From Burkholderiales bacterium (GTDB lineage: Bacteria; Pseudomonadota; Gammaproteobacteria; Burkholderiales; SG8-39), in NCBI GenBank assembly GCA_014860355.1, contig JACZJV010000062.1:759-64758 (forward strand): 64,000 nucleotides of DNA, written 5' to 3'. Positions 48,360 through 60,593 of this stretch are shown here, in pieces; the stretch's first letter is position 1, and the number at the start of each line of letters is the position of its first letter. Position numbers and translations under genes: made by a program. The notes under the pieces are model-generated. The model was not told the origin of the DNA. It made no database searches and saw only the letters and a list, made by a program, of their open reading frames with translations.

Positions 48360-49396
48360 GTTTGTTTCTCCAGCGTTGACAGGCGTTGCTCGATGTTGCG
48401 TAACCGTGCAAGCAGCGAGTCCAGATGGCGCAGCAAAGCCATATGCTTTGCCCAGCTGCGGCTGTCTTCGGCCGGGTTGCCGCCATATGTTCCGGCTTCG
48501 CGTATCGACTTGGTGACCACGGTCGCGCCGTGGATGACGACGCGGTCGGCGATTTCCACATGCCCCATGATATTGGCCCCGCCGCCGATCATGCAGTGTT
48601 TGCCTATGCGCGTACTGCCCGCAATGCCGACGCAACCGGCGATCGCGGTATGCGCGCCTACGCGCACGTTGTGCGCGATCTGGATCAGGTTATCCATTTT
48701 GACCCCGTCTTCTATCACGGTGTCGTCCAGCGCGCCCCGGTCTATGCAGGTATTGGCGCCGATCTCCACATCGTCGCCGATGAGCACGCCCCCGATCTGC
48801 GGAATTTTGCGCCAGCGCCCGCCGTCGAGCACGATGCCGAAGCCGTCCGCGCCGATCACCGCGCCCGAATGCACCAGCGCCCGCTCCCCCAGGCGACAAC
48901 CTGCGTAGACCGTGACGCGCGCGTGCAAGCGGCTGGCGGCGCCGATTTCGACCGCATCGCCCAGGTGGCAGCCCGGTCCTATTATCACTCCTTCGCCCAG
49001 CTTGACGCCGCGACCGATACAGGCGCCGGCGCCCACGCTGGCGCTCGCAGGGATACTGGTCCCGCGCTCCACGACCGCTGTGGGGTGCACCCCGCCGCTC
49101 GCCACCGCAGGCGGATTGAACAGGGAGGAGACCTTGGCAAAATACAGGTATGGATTGTCGCAGACGATGCGCGGCAGATCGGTTACATCGCTGTCCGCTT
49201 TGCCGACGATCACTGCGCCGGCGCGCGTAGCAGCAAGCAGCTTGCGGAATTTGGCGTGGCTGAGAAAGCCGACGTGCTGGGGGAGCGCATTCTCGAGCGT
49301 GGCGACCTGGCTGACCGCCGTCAGCGGGTTGCCGATGATCTCACCACCGAAGCGTTCGACAATCTGGGCCAGGCGGTATTTCTTGGCCTTAGCCAT
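48356..49396 (-). CDS. lpxD: UDP-3-O-acylglucosamine N-acyltransferase
   Basis: 346 aa. N-terminal uridine-binding domain ([14 protein letters not shown]), a long hexapeptide-repeat beta-helix and a C-terminal helix. Confidence 0.93.
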   Translation of the reverse strand: MAKAKKYRLAQIVERFGGEIIGNPLTAVSQVATLENALPQHVGFLSHAKFRKLLAATRAGAVIVGKADSDVTDLPRIVCDNPYLYFAKVSSLFNPPAVASGGVHPTAVVERGTSIPASASVGAGACIGRGVKLGEGVIIGPGCHLGDAVEIGAASRLHARVTVYAGCRLGERALVHSGAVIGADGFGIVLDGGRWRKIPQIGGVLIGDDVEIGANTCIDRGALDDTVIEDGVKMDNLIQIAHNVRVGAHTAIAGCVGIAGSTRIGKHCMIGGGANIMGHVEIADRVVIHGATVVTKSIREAGTYGGNPAEDSRSWAKHMALLRHLDSLLARLRNIEQRLSTLEKQT

Positions 49397-49405
49397 CGGA
49401 GCCGA

Positions 49406-49909
49406 CTATTTCCCTGCCGGTTTGTCTTCCAGAGCCTTGATCACCTTGTCTGTGAGGTCGATGCGCGGGCTGGCATAGACCGCCTCCTGGAAGATGATGT
49501 CGTATTTCTCCGACTCGGCAATGGCCTTGATGGCGCGGTTGGCGCGCTCGAGCACCGCGGCAAGCTCGTCATTGCGCCGCTGGTTCAGATCCTCGCGGAA
49601 CTCGCGTTGCTTGCGCTGAAAATCCTTGTTCAGTTCGCCAAATTCGCGCTCCTTGGTACGACGCTCGGTTTCACTCATGGTGACCGCGTTCTTCTCGAGG
49701 TTCTCCTGCAGCTTGCGAATCTGCTCGGCCATGCTCTGCATTTCCTTGTCGCGTTTGGCGAACTCCTGTTCGATTTTTTTCTGCGCACGCACCGCGGGCG
49801 CGGCATCGCGAAACACCCTCTCTGTGTTTACGAATCCAACCTTGACTTCAGCGGCGGCGGCACTGCTGCACATCAGCACAGCCAGCGCGACAAATACTAT
49901 ATTTTTCAA
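49406..49909 (-). CDS. skp: periplasmic chaperone Skp (OmpH)
   Basis: 167 aa. Signal peptide VFVALAVLMCSSAAAA followed by KVGFVNTERVF and a Lys/Glu/Gln-rich coiled region. The inferred TTG start at 49909 is preceded by GAGGAG. Confidence 0.8.
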   Translation of the reverse strand: MKNIVFVALAVLMCSSAAAAEVKVGFVNTERVFRDAAPAVRAQKKIEQEFAKRDKEMQSMAEQIRKLQENLEKNAVTMSETERRTKEREFGELNKDFQRKQREFREDLNQRRNDELAAVLERANRAIKAIAESEKYDIIFQEAVYASPRIDLTDKVIKALEDKPAGK

Positions 49910-49926
49910 CCCGATCTCCTCGATCC

Positions 49927-52206
49927 CTAAAAGACCTGACCCAACAGGAACTGCATGCGCTGAATCCTGTCGCCTTCCTGGATGTTGAGCGGGAAGCCAT
50001 AGCTCAGGCGTATCGGACCCACGGGCGATGTCCAGTTGAACGCCAACCCGGTCGAATAGCGCAAGTCGGACATGCTCATTTTCTCGCCTGCGCCCCAAAC
50101 CTGGCCGGCGTCGACAAACACGCTCAAGCGCATGGAACGGTCCATGCCCGTACCCGGCATCGGGAACAGCACTTCAGCGTTACCGACCAGGCGCCTTGTG
50201 CCACCGATGGGGTCGCCGAGATCGTCGCGCGGGCCGAGCGAGTACGAATCGTAGCCGCGCACCGAACTGACGCCGCCCGCGTAAAAATTCTTGTAAAACG
50301 GCAGGGGCTTTCCCTCCGTGCCATCGGCGGTGCCGATTTCGCCGTTGAGCATAAAGGTATAGGTGCGCGACAGCGGGTAATACCATTGCACCTGCTCCGT
50401 GAGCTTGTAGTATTTGAGCGTTCCGCCCGGCAATCCGGCTTCCAGATTGGCGCGGATCAAGGTGCCACTGGTAGGCGTAAGCGCGCTGTCGCGCTGCTCG
50501 CGTATCCAGCCTATCGTTCCAGGAACGGTGGTATTGTCGTTGCCAAAAATCTGGACAAACTCTTTGTACGTAGTCGGGCTGGTCTCGTTGATGCCGAGCT
50601 TGGTGTTTTCCACGCCGAGCCCCAAACCGAGGTTATCCACCTCGGTCAGCGGTATGCCGAAGCGCACCCCTGCACCCGTTGTGTCCGTAGTGTAATAGCC
50701 CAGGCTGAGATAGGACGCGTCGAGACGGCGTTTGTAGATGTCGAAGCCGCGGCTGACGCCGTCCACCGTGTAATAGGGATTGGTAAAGCTCAGGCTGGCA
50801 TTGCGGTTAACCTTGCTGGTGCTTAGAGCCGCCGTGATGTGCTTGCCGCTGCCAAATATATTCTGCTGCGAAATCGAGCCGCTGAGGATCACTTTTTCCT
50901 CGGAGGAAAAGCCCGCGCCGAGCGTAATGGCTCCGGTCGGCTTTTCCTTGACCTTGATACTTACATCCACCTGGTCCGAGGTGCCCGGCACCGCGGGCGT
51001 CTCGACGTCGACCTCCGTAAAATATCCCAGGCGATCCAGGCGCAGCTTGGATTTCTGTATCTTGTCGGCATCGTAGTAGGCACCCTCGAGTTGCCGCATC
51101 TCGCGGCGCACCACTTCGTCGCGGCTTCGGGTATTTCCCGAGACGTTGATACGACGCACGTAAACCCGCCGCCCCGGATCGATCATGATGGTCAATGCGA
51201 CGCGCTTTGCAGCCTTGTCCAGTTCGGGAACGGCGTTCGCGTTGGCGAATGCGTAGCCTTCGTTTCCCAGCCTGTCGGTGATGTTCTTGGTGCTCTCGTT
51301 GAGTTTCTGGCGCGAGAAGGTCTCCCCGGGCTTCAACTGGACCAGCCCGCGCAATTCGGACTCCGGCAGCAGCATATCGCCGCCCAAATTGACATCCGAC
51401 ACGGTGTACTTGTCGCCCTCGCGGATATTTACCGTAATGTAGATGTCCTTCTTGTCCGGAGTGATCGATACTTGGGTCGAGTCGATGCTGAACTCAAGAT
51501 AGCCGTTGTTAAGATAGAACGAGCGCAGGGTCTCGAGATCGCCGGACAATTTCTGTTTCGAATACTGGTCGTTCTTGGTGTACCAGGTCAGCCATCCCGG
51601 CGTCTGCAGCACAAAGAGGTCGAGCAGATCTTTCTCCCTGAATGCATTGTTGCCGATGATATTGATTTGACGGATCTTGGTGACGTCCCCTTCGTTGATG
51701 GAGAAGCTGACGCCCACGCGATTGCGCTCGAGCGGGGTGACAGTTGCAACGACGCTGGCGCCGTAGAGCCCGCGGGAGAGGTATTGCCGCTTGATCTCCT
51801 GCTCGGCCTGGTCGAGCAGCGCCTTGTCGAATGAGCGTCCCTCGGCCAGGCCGATTTCGCGCAGCCCCTTGCGCAAGGCCTCTTTTTCGAACTCCTTGTT
51901 GCCGATGAAGTCGATTTGCGTCACGGCCGGACGCTCCTCGACCATCACAATCAGCACGTCGCGCTGCACCTCGAGTCGTACATCCTTGAAGAAACCGGTC
52001 GCAAACAAGGACTTGATCGCAGCGGCCGCTTTTTCATCCGTCATGGTCTCGCCGACCTTGACCGGGAGGTAGCTGAATACGGTTCCGGCCTCGATGCGCT
52101 GGATGCCTTCGACGCGTATGTCGCGCACCACGAAAGGATCGAAGGCATGTGCCGCGCCGATCCACAGGCAGGCGCACGCGGCAGCGAGATATCTGGTCAT
52201 GGTCAC
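49927..52206 (-). CDS. bamA: outer membrane protein assembly factor BamA
   Basis: 759 aa. Five POTRA repeats ([14 protein letters not shown]...) and a C-terminal 16-strand barrel ending [11 protein letters not shown]. Confidence 0.95.
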   Translation of the reverse strand: MTMTRYLAAACACLWIGAAHAFDPFVVRDIRVEGIQRIEAGTVFSYLPVKVGETMTDEKAAAAIKSLFATGFFKDVRLEVQRDVLIVMVEERPAVTQIDFIGNKEFEKEALRKGLREIGLAEGRSFDKALLDQAEQEIKRQYLSRGLYGASVVATVTPLERNRVGVSFSINEGDVTKIRQINIIGNNAFREKDLLDLFVLQTPGWLTWYTKNDQYSKQKLSGDLETLRSFYLNNGYLEFSIDSTQVSITPDKKDIYITVNIREGDKYTVSDVNLGGDMLLPESELRGLVQLKPGETFSRQKLNESTKNITDRLGNEGYAFANANAVPELDKAAKRVALTIMIDPGRRVYVRRINVSGNTRSRDEVVRREMRQLEGAYYDADKIQKSKLRLDRLGYFTEVDVETPAVPGTSDQVDVSIKVKEKPTGAITLGAGFSSEEKVILSGSISQQNIFGSGKHITAALSTSKVNRNASLSFTNPYYTVDGVSRGFDIYKRRLDASYLSLGYYTTDTTGAGVRFGIPLTEVDNLGLGLGVENTKLGINETSPTTYKEFVQIFGNDNTTVPGTIGWIREQRDSALTPTSGTLIRANLEAGLPGGTLKYYKLTEQVQWYYPLSRTYTFMLNGEIGTADGTEGKPLPFYKNFYAGGVSSVRGYDSYSLGPRDDLGDPIGGTRRLVGNAEVLFPMPGTGMDRSMRLSVFVDAGQVWGAGEKMSMSDLRYSTGLAFNWTSPVGPIRLSYGFPLNIQEGDRIQRMQFLLGQVF

Positions 52207-52208
52207 GT

Positions 52209-53573
52209 TCAGCTGGAGATCAAGCGGTTAATGTCGTTATAGAAGGCAAAGGCCATCAGTACCAGCAACAGGGTCAGACCGAGTTTCTGGCCGAATTCCA
52301 TCACGCGATCCGATACCGGGCTACCCTTGAAAATTTCGATCGTATAATACATCAAATGCCCCCCATCCAATAAGGGAATCGGCAGCAGGTTGAGTACCCC
52401 GAGGCTGATGCTGATCAATGCCAGAAAGCTCAAGTATGAAACCAGCCCGAGCTGCGCCGATTGCCCGGCATAATCGGCGATGGTCACCGGACCGCTGAGA
52501 TTCTTCCACGACACCTGCCCGACCAGCATCCGTCCGAGCATCTTCAGGCTGAACACCGACGTGTCCCAGGTCTTCTCAGCCGCCTTCGCCAGTGCACTGA
52601 AGGCACCGTAGCGTACCACGGTAACGAGTTCGTCCAAAGCGTGCGGGTCGAGCTGCGCCGCCGCGCCAATGCGCCCTATGGCGGAGCCGTTCTGCTGCAC
52701 CGTTTCCGGAACCAGCGCGAGTTCGCGCTGTTCGTCTCCGCGCCGATAGTTCAGCCGCAGCTCGCGTCCTGGATGACTGCGCACGAGTTGTACCAATTCA
52801 CTCCAGGAAACGACTGGTTTGCCGTCGGCCGCAAGTATCTGATCGCCAGGCTGCAATCCCGCCCGCTGCGCCACGCCGCCGTCCACAACCTCGCCGATCA
52901 CCGGTTTGATTTCCGGCCGATATAGCCTGAAGCCGATCAAGGCCAGGGTATCGCCTTCGAGTTGCTCCGCGTCGATGGGGGACAGATCGAGCGAGCGCCA
53001 GTTGATCTGGTTATTGCGGTTGAGCACCTCCACCCTGACGCGCTGACGCTCGAGCGCCAGCTGCAGCATGCGCCAGCGCACGTCCTGCCAGGTAGCGACC
53101 GGCTCGCCATTGATGGCGCGTATGGTTTCTCCCGCCTCGAATCCGGCGCTTGCAGCCGGGGTATCCGGCTGCGGCAGATCCACTATGGGTCGCGCTTCCT
53201 GCACGCCGTGCATGAACAGCAGCCAATACAGGAGTATTGCAAACAGGAAGTTGGCCAGCGGCCCGGCAATGACCACGGCGTAACGCCGCCACACGCTCTG
53301 CCGGTTGAAGGCACGGTCGAGCTCCTGCTGCCCCACCTCGCCCTCGCGTTCGTCCAGCATCTTGACGTAACCACCCAGCGGCACCGCGGCCACCACCCAT
53401 TCGGTCTGATCGCGCCCGAATCGCCTTTTCCACAGGGGCATGCCGAAGCCGATGGAGAAACGCAATACTTTGACGCCGCATAGTCGCGCGACGAGGTAGT
53501 GTCCGTATTCGTGCACGACGACCAGCGCCCCCAGCGCGATAACGAATGCGGCTATGGTGTGCAGCAGGTTCAT
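52209..53573 (-). CDS. rseP: sigma-E protease RseP (site-2 zinc metalloprotease)
   Basis: 454 aa. [10 protein letters not shown] (HExxH), PDZ domains and [13 protein letters not shown] (NxxPxxxLDG). Confidence 0.93.
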   Translation of the reverse strand: MNLLHTIAAFVIALGALVVVHEYGHYLVARLCGVKVLRFSIGFGMPLWKRRFGRDQTEWVVAAVPLGGYVKMLDEREGEVGQQELDRAFNRQSVWRRYAVVIAGPLANFLFAILLYWLLFMHGVQEARPIVDLPQPDTPAASAGFEAGETIRAINGEPVATWQDVRWRMLQLALERQRVRVEVLNRNNQINWRSLDLSPIDAEQLEGDTLALIGFRLYRPEIKPVIGEVVDGGVAQRAGLQPGDQILAADGKPVVSWSELVQLVRSHPGRELRLNYRRGDEQRELALVPETVQQNGSAIGRIGAAAQLDPHALDELVTVVRYGAFSALAKAAEKTWDTSVFSLKMLGRMLVGQVSWKNLSGPVTIADYAGQSAQLGLVSYLSFLALISISLGVLNLLPIPLLDGGHLMYYTIEIFKGSPVSDRVMEFGQKLGLTLLLVLMAFAFYNDINRLISS

Positions 53574-53575
53574 GG

Positions 53576-54760
53576 CTAGACCGTCATCGCCTCGACCCGA
53601 AGTGCGGCATGCCGGCGCGCAGCGGCATCGGCGTCGAGCACATCGGCCAAGCTGCTGAGCGCGCGCGGGCGCAATTCGTTCATTACCGCCTCGATCACTG
53701 CGGTGATCGCAAGGAATGGCAGGCGCCGCTCGAGGAAGGCGCTCACGGCAACCTCATTCGCCGCATTCAGCGTCGCGGGACTGGTGCCGCCTTCCTTCAA
53801 GGCGCGATAGCCCAGCCGCAGAGCCGGAAAGCGCACGAAATCCGGCGTGCTGAAATCGAGTCTGCCGATGCGCGTCAGGTCGAGGGAACCCACGCCCGCT
53901 TCGATCCGCTCGGGAAAAGCCAGGGCGTGCGCGATCGGCGTGCGCATGTCGGGGTTGCCGAGCTGGGCGATGACCGAGCCGTCTGCGTATTCCACCATGG
54001 AATGCACCACGCTCTGCGGATGCACCACCACCTCTATCTGTTCATGCGTCGCGCCGAACAGCCAGTGCGCCTCGATGATCTCGAGCGCCTTGTTCATCAT
54101 GGTCGCCGAATCCACGGAAATCTTGCGCCCCATCACCCAGTTTGGATGCGCGCAGGCTTCCTCAGGCGTCACGCTGTGCAGGCGTTCCAGCGGTACTTCA
54201 CGGAACGGCCCGCCGGATGCGGTCAACAGCACCCGCCGCACGCCGTGTGCGCCCAGTTCGCCCGAGAACGCATCCGGCAGACACTGGAACACCGCATTGT
54301 GCTCGCTGTCTATCGGCAGCAGTGTGGCGTGATGGCTGCGCACCGCTTCCATGAATATCGGTCCGGCCATGACCAGGGCTTCCTTATTGGCGAGCAGCAG
54401 CTTCTTGCCCGCCCGCGCCGCCGCGAGCGTAGGCGCGAGGCCGGCAGCACCGACGATGGCCGCCATGACGCAGTCGGTTTCCGCGTGGGCCGCAATGCGC
54501 TCCAGGCCCTGCGGTCCTGTGAGGATTTCGGTAGCGCCTGATTGCAGGCGCCTGCCCAGCGCCTCGGCCTGGAGCGCGTGTGCCACCACCGCGTAGCGCG
54601 GCCGGTGGCGCAGGCACAACTCGGCCAGTTCATCCATGCGCTCGTTCGCGCTCAGCGCGAAAATGCGAAAACGCTGCGGATAGCGCGCGGCCACATCCAG
54701 GGTGTTGAGCCCGATGGAACCGGTGGCGCCGAGTATGGCGAGGTTCTGCAGCCCGCTCAT
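53576..54760 (-). CDS. dxr: 1-deoxy-D-xylulose-5-phosphate reductoisomerase
   Basis: 394 aa from [23 protein letters not shown] (NADPH motif). [12 protein letters not shown]-like ([13 protein letters not shown]) and NKALE motifs. The start overlaps the cdsA stop. Confidence 0.95.
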   Translation of the reverse strand: MSGLQNLAILGATGSIGLNTLDVAARYPQRFRIFALSANERMDELAELCLRHRPRYAVVAHALQAEALGRRLQSGATEILTGPQGLERIAAHAETDCVMAAIVGAAGLAPTLAAARAGKKLLLANKEALVMAGPIFMEAVRSHHATLLPIDSEHNAVFQCLPDAFSGELGAHGVRRVLLTASGGPFREVPLERLHSVTPEEACAHPNWVMGRKISVDSATMMNKALEIIEAHWLFGATHEQIEVVVHPQSVVHSMVEYADGSVIAQLGNPDMRTPIAHALAFPERIEAGVGSLDLTRIGRLDFSTPDFVRFPALRLGYRALKEGGTSPATLNAANEVAVSAFLERRLPFLAITAVIEAVMNELRPRALSSLADVLDADAAARRHAALRVEAMTV

Positions 54761-55587
54761 ATGAGATACGCCAGCGCCGCCACCGGCAGCACCGCGGTAA
54801 GCGCATCGATGCGATCCAGCACCCCGCCGTGCCCTGGCAGCAAGACGCCGCTGTCCTTGACTCCTGCCTGCCGCTTCAAAGCCGATTCGAACAAATCGCC
54901 ATAGATGCCGATCGCGGTGAGCAGCCACAGGAACAGCAGCATGCCGAAGGCGCCGTAGTGCATGGATTTAAGCGCGTGCGGGAAATACAACTGCCATGCG
55001 TAGCTCCACAGCGCGGCATATGCGCCCACGGCCAGCACCGCCCCGGTCACGCCTTCCCAGGTTTTGCCGGGGCTGATGGAGGGCGCAAGTTTGCGCCGGC
55101 CAAAGCGGCGTCCGGCGAAATAGGCGGCGATGTCCGAAATCCAGGCGACCGACAACAGCAGCAATAGCACCCAGGGACCGAGCTTGCGCAATTCCACCAG
55201 CGCAAGCCATGTCGGCACCAGGACCACGAGGCCGGTCGCCGCCCCCAGCCAGCGGGACCTGGGCAGCCAGGAGCGCCAGAGCCACAGCGGCACGACCACC
55301 ATCCAGAACAGGCCCGCAACCAGATAAACCGCGGCTTGGATGCCGATCTGGCCGATACGGGCATCCCCCCGCTCCACGGCAATCAGGGAGGCACAGGCGG
55401 CCGCGACGAGAACGACGTACAGGCCGCAGGCGGTGTGCCGGAGTTTGATCAGCTTGCCCCATTCCCATGCGGCAGGTATCACCAATGCTCCGGCAAACGC
55501 GGCCCATGCGCGAGGCGGGAGCCAGAACAGCGCCGCCAGAAACAGGACCAACAATACCAGCGCCGTGATGACCCGCGTCTTGAGCAT
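54757..55587 (-). CDS. cdsA: phosphatidate cytidylyltransferase
   Basis: 276 aa, multi-TM. C-terminal signature [28 protein letters not shown]. Confidence 0.9.
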   Translation of the reverse strand: MLKTRVITALVLLVLFLAALFWLPPRAWAAFAGALVIPAAWEWGKLIKLRHTACGLYVVLVAAACASLIAVERGDARIGQIGIQAAVYLVAGLFWMVVVPLWLWRSWLPRSRWLGAATGLVVLVPTWLALVELRKLGPWVLLLLLSVAWISDIAAYFAGRRFGRRKLAPSISPGKTWEGVTGAVLAVGAYAALWSYAWQLYFPHALKSMHYGAFGMLLFLWLLTAIGIYGDLFESALKRQAGVKDSGVLLPGHGGVLDRIDALTAVLPVAALAYLI

Positions 55588-55616
55588 CGCTCAATGTACC
55601 CGGCCGGCCCGCACAA

Positions 55617-56402
55617 TCAGGCCAGCGCCTTTTTCTGGGACGGCGCCTTCCCTGCGGACTCGAGTTGCTCGCTGGTGCGGCCGAAGCGGCGCTCGCGCCG
55701 CTGATAGGATTCGATCGCCCGGTCCAGCGCCATCGCGTCGAAGTCTGGCCACAGGATATCGGTGAAGTAAAATTCGCTGTAGGCAAGCTGCCACAGCAGA
55801 AAGTTGCTGATGCGCTGTTCCCCGCCGGTGCGGATGAACAAGTCCGGCTCCGGCGCGTAGGCCATGGCAAGGTGGCTGGCGAATTCCTCCTCGGTAAAGC
55901 CGCCACGCTGCTCCGGTCTTGACTCGATCAGGTGTTGCATGGCCTGCATCAGATCCCATCGTCCGCCGTAGTTCGCCGCTATGGTGAGAGTCATGCTCTT
56001 GTTTGCGCGGGTCAACTGCTCGGCGCGCGCCACCAGCTCGGTGATTTTCTTCCCGAACGGCGCGATGTCGCCCACTACCCGCAGGCAGATGCCGTTGCGG
56101 TGCAGTTTTTCTGCTTCCCGCTCCAGCGCAATGATGAACAACTGCTTCAGCATCGAAACTTCTTCTTCCGGCCGGCGCCAGTTCTCCGAACTGAATGCGA
56201 ACAGGGTCAGGTACTCGACGCCCCGCGCTACACAGGCTTTGACGATCTCGCGCACGATCTCCACGCCGCGCTTGTGCCCCGCGGCTCGCGGCAGCTTGCG
56301 CTGCTTGGCCCAGCGCCCGTTCCCATCCATGATAATCGCAATATGCCGCGGAACCGCCTTCACCTGCGGAATATCGCGTGTCGAGCTGGAAAATGTAGTC
56401 AT
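55617..56402 (-). CDS. uppS: di-trans,poly-cis-undecaprenyl-diphosphate synthase
   Basis: [26 protein letters not shown] and [17 protein letters not shown] motifs. Confidence 0.93.
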   Translation of the reverse strand: MTTFSSSTRDIPQVKAVPRHIAIIMDGNGRWAKQRKLPRAAGHKRGVEIVREIVKACVARGVEYLTLFAFSSENWRRPEEEVSMLKQLFIIALEREAEKLHRNGICLRVVGDIAPFGKKITELVARAEQLTRANKSMTLTIAANYGGRWDLMQAMQHLIESRPEQRGGFTEEEFASHLAMAYAPEPDLFIRTGGEQRISNFLLWQLAYSEFYFTDILWPDFDAMALDRAIESYQRRERRFGRTSEQLESAGKAPSQKKALA

Positions 56403-56430
56403 GAATGTCTCGGTCCAAGAGGCGCGCGGG

Positions 56431-56988
56431 TCAAACCGCCATCAGGTCGGCTTCTTTGGCAGCGAGCAGTTTGTCTATTTCGGCGATGAACTTGTCCGTG
56501 AGCTTCTGGATCTCGTCCTGGGCCCGGCGCTCGTCGTCCTCGGATACCTCCTTTTGCTTGAGCAGATCCTTGAGGTGGTGATTGGCGTCGCGCCGCAGAT
56601 TTCTCACCGCCACCTTGGCGTTCTCGCCTTCGCCTTTGACCACTTTGATGAGTTCGCGCCTGCGCTCCTCGGTCAGCGCCGGCATCGGTACGCGGATCAA
56701 GTCTCCCTGCGAAGCGGGATTGAGTCCAAGATCAGAATCGCGTATCGCCTTTTCGATCAACGCGCCCATCTTTTTTTCCCAGGGCGATATGCCGATGGTG
56801 CGCGCGTCGATCAGGGTCAGGTTGGCGACCTGGTTGATCGGCATCGCGGTGCCGTAGTAATCGACCGTGACGTGGTCGAGGATGCCGGTGTGCGCTCGCC
56901 CGGTGCGCACCTTGCCCAGGTCGGTCTTCAGCGCTTCGAGCGACTTTTGCATCTTCTGCTCGGCGGTTTTTTTGACATCAGCGATCAT
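56431..56988 (-). CDS. frr: ribosome recycling factor
   Basis: 185 aa. [21 protein letters not shown] and [22 protein letters not shown] motifs. Confidence 0.96.
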   Translation of the reverse strand: MIADVKKTAEQKMQKSLEALKTDLGKVRTGRAHTGILDHVTVDYYGTAMPINQVANLTLIDARTIGISPWEKKMGALIEKAIRDSDLGLNPASQGDLIRVPMPALTEERRRELIKVVKGEGENAKVAVRNLRRDANHHLKDLLKQKEVSEDDERRAQDEIQKLTDKFIAEIDKLLAAKEADLMAV

Positions 56989-57004
56989 GGTCAGCCCCTC
57001 TCAT

Positions 57005-57733
57005 TCAACTATGTACCAATGTTCCTTCGTTTTCGCCCATCACCACCCGTTTCAGCGCGCCGGGCTTGAAGATGCTGAACACGTTGATCGGCAGCTTCTG
57101 ATCGCGGCACAGGGTCAGGGCGGTCGCGTCCATTACCCTGAGATTCTGGTTGATCGCGTCGTCGAAGCTTACCCGGTCATAGCGCCGCGCCTGCGCATCG
57201 GTGTTCGGGTCGGCGCTGTACACGCCGTCAACTTTGGTCGCCTTGAGCACGATATCACAGCCCATCTCGGTGCCGCGCAGCGCTGCCGCCGTGTCCGTGG
57301 TGAAGAACGGATTGCCCGTGCCGGCTGCGAAAATCACGATCTTGCCCTCCTCCAGATAGCGCATCGCTTTGCCGCGTATGTACGGTTCGACTACCTGCTC
57401 GATGTTGAGCGCCGATTGCACCCGGCCGTTCAGGCCGCCGCGGCGCATGGCGTCCTGCAGGGCGAGCGCATTCATTACGGTGGCGAGCATGCCCATGTAG
57501 TCGGCGGTGGCCCGATCCATTCCGGCGGCGGCAGGTGCCACGCCGCGGAAGATATTGCCGCCGCCGATAACCACGGCAATTTCCAGCCCCAGCGCCGCCA
57601 CTGCGGCGATTTCGGCGACGATGCGGTCTATGGTCACCCGATTTATGCCATACGCATCCTCGCCCATCAGTGCCTCGCCCGAAAGCTTGAGCAGGATGCG
57701 CTTGTAGGCCGGGGTTGCGGTCACGGCGTTCAA
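57005..57733 (-). CDS. pyrH: UMP kinase
   Basis: [38 protein letters not shown] and ATKVDGVY motifs. Confidence 0.96.
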   Translation of the reverse strand: MNAVTATPAYKRILLKLSGEALMGEDAYGINRVTIDRIVAEIAAVAALGLEIAVVIGGGNIFRGVAPAAAGMDRATADYMGMLATVMNALALQDAMRRGGLNGRVQSALNIEQVVEPYIRGKAMRYLEEGKIVIFAAGTGNPFFTTDTAAALRGTEMGCDIVLKATKVDGVYSADPNTDAQARRYDRVSFDDAINQNLRVMDATALTLCRDQKLPINVFSIFKPGALKRVVMGENEGTLVHS

Positions 57734-58611
57734 CTCGTCGCGGCTTTGGCCTGCGCCGCCACTTCGGCGGCGAAATCGCTAGCTTTCTTCTCGATGCCCT
57801 CGCCCGCGACGAAAAACTTGTAGCTGAGCAGCTTGGCGTGCTTTGCGGCCAGCATCTTTTCCACCGTCAGCTTGTCGTCCTTGACGAAAGCCTGTCCAAG
57901 CAGGGTGATCTCGCCTAGAAACTTGTTCATGCCGCCTTCGACCATTTTTTCGGCAATATTGGCCGGCTTGCCCGATTCCCGCGCGCGTGCGGCGAGGACG
58001 TCGCGCTCGCGCGCAAGCGCATCGGGGGATACCTGGTCGCGCGACATGTACTGCGGCCTGGCGAACGCAATGTGCATGGCGAGATCCTTGCCGACCTCGT
58101 CTTCTCCTTCGAATTCGATCAACACGCCGATCTTGACTCCATGCAGGTATTGCGCCAGCTTGGCGCCGGTGTGCAACCGGTGAAAGCGGCGAATGCTCAG
58201 ATTCTCGCCGATCTTCTGCACCAGGGCCTGGCGCCGGGTCTCGACCGTGCCCGACTCAAGCCCGAGCGCGGAGAGCGCCGCCACGTCGGCCGGATCATCG
58301 TTTGCCACGAGTTGTGCCAGCGTCGAAGCAAATTCGAGAAAATCCGAGTTCTTGGCGACGAAATCGGTCTCGCAATTCACTTCAACCAATGCTGCGGTCT
58401 TCCCGTCTGCCGCAAGATACGCGCCGATCACGCCTTCGGCCGCCACGCGTCCGGCGGCCTTGTTCGCTTTGGCGCCGCTCTTGATGCGCAATAGATCTTC
58501 GGCGGATTTCAGGTCGCCCCCGGTCTCTACCAGGGCCTTCTTGCATTCCATCATGCCCAGGCCGGTAATTTCGCGCAATTCCCGGACCATGGTGGCGGTA
58601 ACTTCTGCCAT
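57730..58611 (-). CDS. tsf: translation elongation factor Ts
   Basis: 293 aa from [29 protein letters not shown] (UBA-like N-terminus). The ORF is open 5 codons further upstream. Confidence 0.96.
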   Translation of the reverse strand: MAEVTATMVRELREITGLGMMECKKALVETGGDLKSAEDLLRIKSGAKANKAAGRVAAEGVIGAYLAADGKTAALVEVNCETDFVAKNSDFLEFASTLAQLVANDDPADVAALSALGLESGTVETRRQALVQKIGENLSIRRFHRLHTGAKLAQYLHGVKIGVLIEFEGEDEVGKDLAMHIAFARPQYMSRDQVSPDALARERDVLAARARESGKPANIAEKMVEGGMNKFLGEITLLGQAFVKDDKLTVEKMLAAKHAKLLSYKFFVAGEGIEKKASDFAAEVAAQAKAATS

Positions 58612-58631
58612 TTTCTTACTCCTCAAAGTTC

Positions 58632-58656
58632 AAAAAAAGGGGCTTTCGCCCCTTTT
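58632..58656 (-). terminator. rho-independent terminator/attenuator between rpsB and tsf
   Basis: The minus strand reads AAAAGGGGC-GAAA-GCCCCTTTTTTT, a 5-bp GC stem, a GAAA tetraloop and a T7 tract. It starts 22 nt after the rpsB stop and ends 21 nt before the tsf ATG. Confidence 0.7.
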
Positions 58657-58677
58657 GCACGGTAGTACCACTGCTGC

Positions 58678-59433
58678 TTAGCCGAGGGACTCGTCCGGGG
58701 TTTCCAGTTCCACGAATTCGTCCGCGCCTGCGCCTGCGACGATCTCCTGCACCGACATGTCGCGCCCCTCGAGAATCGCGTCGGCCACGCCCCGGGCGTA
58801 CAGGCGGATCGCACGGCTGGAATCGTCGTTGCCAGGAATCACGTGGCTGATGCCCTCGGGCGAATGGTTGGTGTCGACCACGCCGATGATCGGTATGCCC
58901 AGCTTGTTGGCTTCGACCACTGCGCCTTTCTGATAGCCCACGTCAATAATGAATAGCGCATCGGGCACGCCGGTGAGATCCTTGATGCCGCCCAGGCTGC
59001 GTTCGAATTTGACCAATTCGCGCTGGATGCCCAAGGCCTCTTTTTTCGGCATTTTTTCCAGGCTGCCGTCGGCGAGCATCGCTTCCATTTCCTTCAGGCG
59101 TTTGATCGACTGCTTGACGGTCTTGAAATTGGTCAGCATGCCGCCGAGCCAGCGATGGTCGACGTAGGGCGCGCCGCAGCGCAGCGCCTCTTCCTTGATG
59201 ATCTCGCGCGCCTGGCGCTTGGTGCCTACGAACAGGATGGTGCCTTTGTTCGAGGACAGTTTCTTGACGTATTTCATCGCCTCCTGGTACATGACCAGGG
59301 TCTTTTCCAGGTTGACGATGTGAATCTTGTTGCGATGGCCGAATATGAAAGGAGCCATCTTGGGGTTCCAGAAGCGGGTCTGGTGGCCGAAATGCACCCC
59401 TGCTTCCAGCATTTGACGCATGGTCGTAGACAT
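58678..59433 (-). CDS. rpsB: 30S ribosomal protein S2
   Basis: 251 aa. [22 protein letters not shown] and [13 protein letters not shown] motifs. Confidence 0.97.
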   Translation of the reverse strand: MSTTMRQMLEAGVHFGHQTRFWNPKMAPFIFGHRNKIHIVNLEKTLVMYQEAMKYVKKLSSNKGTILFVGTKRQAREIIKEEALRCGAPYVDHRWLGGMLTNFKTVKQSIKRLKEMEAMLADGSLEKMPKKEALGIQRELVKFERSLGGIKDLTGVPDALFIIDVGYQKGAVVEANKLGIPIIGVVDTNHSPEGISHVIPGNDDSSRAIRLYARGVADAILEGRDMSVQEIVAGAGADEFVELETPDESLG

Positions 59434-59520
59434 TAGAACTTCTCCATTTAGGGTTGGTCATAGCCGCCCGGCTCGTTATAACCCCGTTTGGGGCACCCTA
59501 AAGAGGGGCGGATCAAATTT
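59434..59520 (-). promoter_or_regulatory. rpsB 5' leader with predicted pseudoknot ending next to the SD (candidate S2 autoregulatory leader)
   Basis: In the mRNA sense, CCGCCC (59511-59506) pairs with GGGCGG (59469-59464). Inside that loop, UUUAGGGU (59502-59495) can pair with ACCCUAAA (59454-59447), which lies outside the first stem and 1 nt upstream of the GGAG SD. There is also an inner CCCC-AAAC-GGGG hairpin (59493-59482). Confidence 0.35.
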
Positions 59521-59545
59521 AGCCAGGAAATCTGACTAGCGAAAT

Positions 59546-59575
59546 AGTATATCATGAAGCACGAGCTCTGCTCAA
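59546..59575 (-). promoter_or_regulatory. candidate sigma-70 promoter of rpsB-tsf
   Basis: The minus strand reads TTGAGC (59575-59570), an 18-nt spacer, then TATACT (59551-59546). It lies ~112 nt upstream of the rpsB ATG. Confidence 0.4.
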
Positions 59576-59783
59576 GAAATGCGCGACTAAACAGCAGATT
59601 AAGCCCTGCGTACGCGTCCAGGCGAAATCGCCGGCCGCGTTGCGCAAAATTGCTGCCGGGCACCATTGAGCAGACCGGAGCCTGTCTGCATTCAGCGCGC
59701 TGCGAGCGCGGGATGCCTCAGGCGCAGCTTCCCTTAGCCAGGGCTATCCTTTATCCTTCCCACCCTTTGGGCACAGCCAGCAG

Positions 59784-60593
59784 ATGAGCATCCAGATCAA
59801 GACCCCGGAAGATATCAAGAAAATGCATGTCGCCGGGCGCCTTGCGGCGGAAGTGCTCGATTTCATCGCCCCGCAGGTCAAATCCGGGATTACGACGGGC
59901 GAGCTCGACCGCCTTTGCCACGACTACATGGTCAAGGTGCAGAAAACGGTGCCGGCACCGCTGCATTATGCGCCGCCGGGCTACCAGCCTTATCCCAAGT
60001 CGATTTGCACCTCGATCAATCATCAGGTCTGTCATGGGATTCCCGGCGACAGGCAGCTAAAACACGGCGACATCGTCAATATCGACATCACGGTGATCAA
60101 GGACGGATACCACGGCGACACCAGCCGCATGTTCTATGTCGGCGAGCCTGCGATCCAGGCGCGCCGCCTGTGCGAAACGACCTACGAATGCATGTGGATG
60201 GGCATCCAGGCCGTCAAGCCAGGCGCCCATCTGGGCGACATCGGCGAGGCCATTCAGAAGCACGCCGAGGGGCACGGTTACAGCGTGGTGCGTGAATTTT
60301 GCGGCCACGGAATCGGCAGGAAGTTCCACGAAGAGCCGCAGGTGCTGCATTACGGCCGCGCCGGCACCGGCGTCGCCTTGCAGCCCGGAATGATTTTCAC
60401 CATCGAACCGATGATCAATGCCGGAAAGGCGGCGATCCGCGAACTCTCCGACGGTTGGACCATCGTGACCAAGGACCACAGCCTGTCGGCGCAGTGGGAG
60501 CATACCGTGCTCGTAACCGAAACCGGGCACGAGGTGCTGACCCTGTCCGAGGGTGCACCGGCGCAACCCGCTCCTAAACACGCTCCCCGCTGA
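59784..60593 (+). CDS. map: type I methionine aminopeptidase
   Basis: 269 aa. Metal ligand contexts: VCHGIP, DIVNIDITV..DGYHGD, GHGIG, FTIEP and EHTV. Confidence 0.95.
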   Translation: MSIQIKTPEDIKKMHVAGRLAAEVLDFIAPQVKSGITTGELDRLCHDYMVKVQKTVPAPLHYAPPGYQPYPKSICTSINHQVCHGIPGDRQLKHGDIVNIDITVIKDGYHGDTSRMFYVGEPAIQARRLCETTYECMWMGIQAVKPGAHLGDIGEAIQKHAEGHGYSVVREFCGHGIGRKFHEEPQVLHYGRAGTGVALQPGMIFTIEPMINAGKAAIRELSDGWTIVTKDHSLSAQWEHTVLVTETGHEVLTLSEGAPAQPAPKHAPR

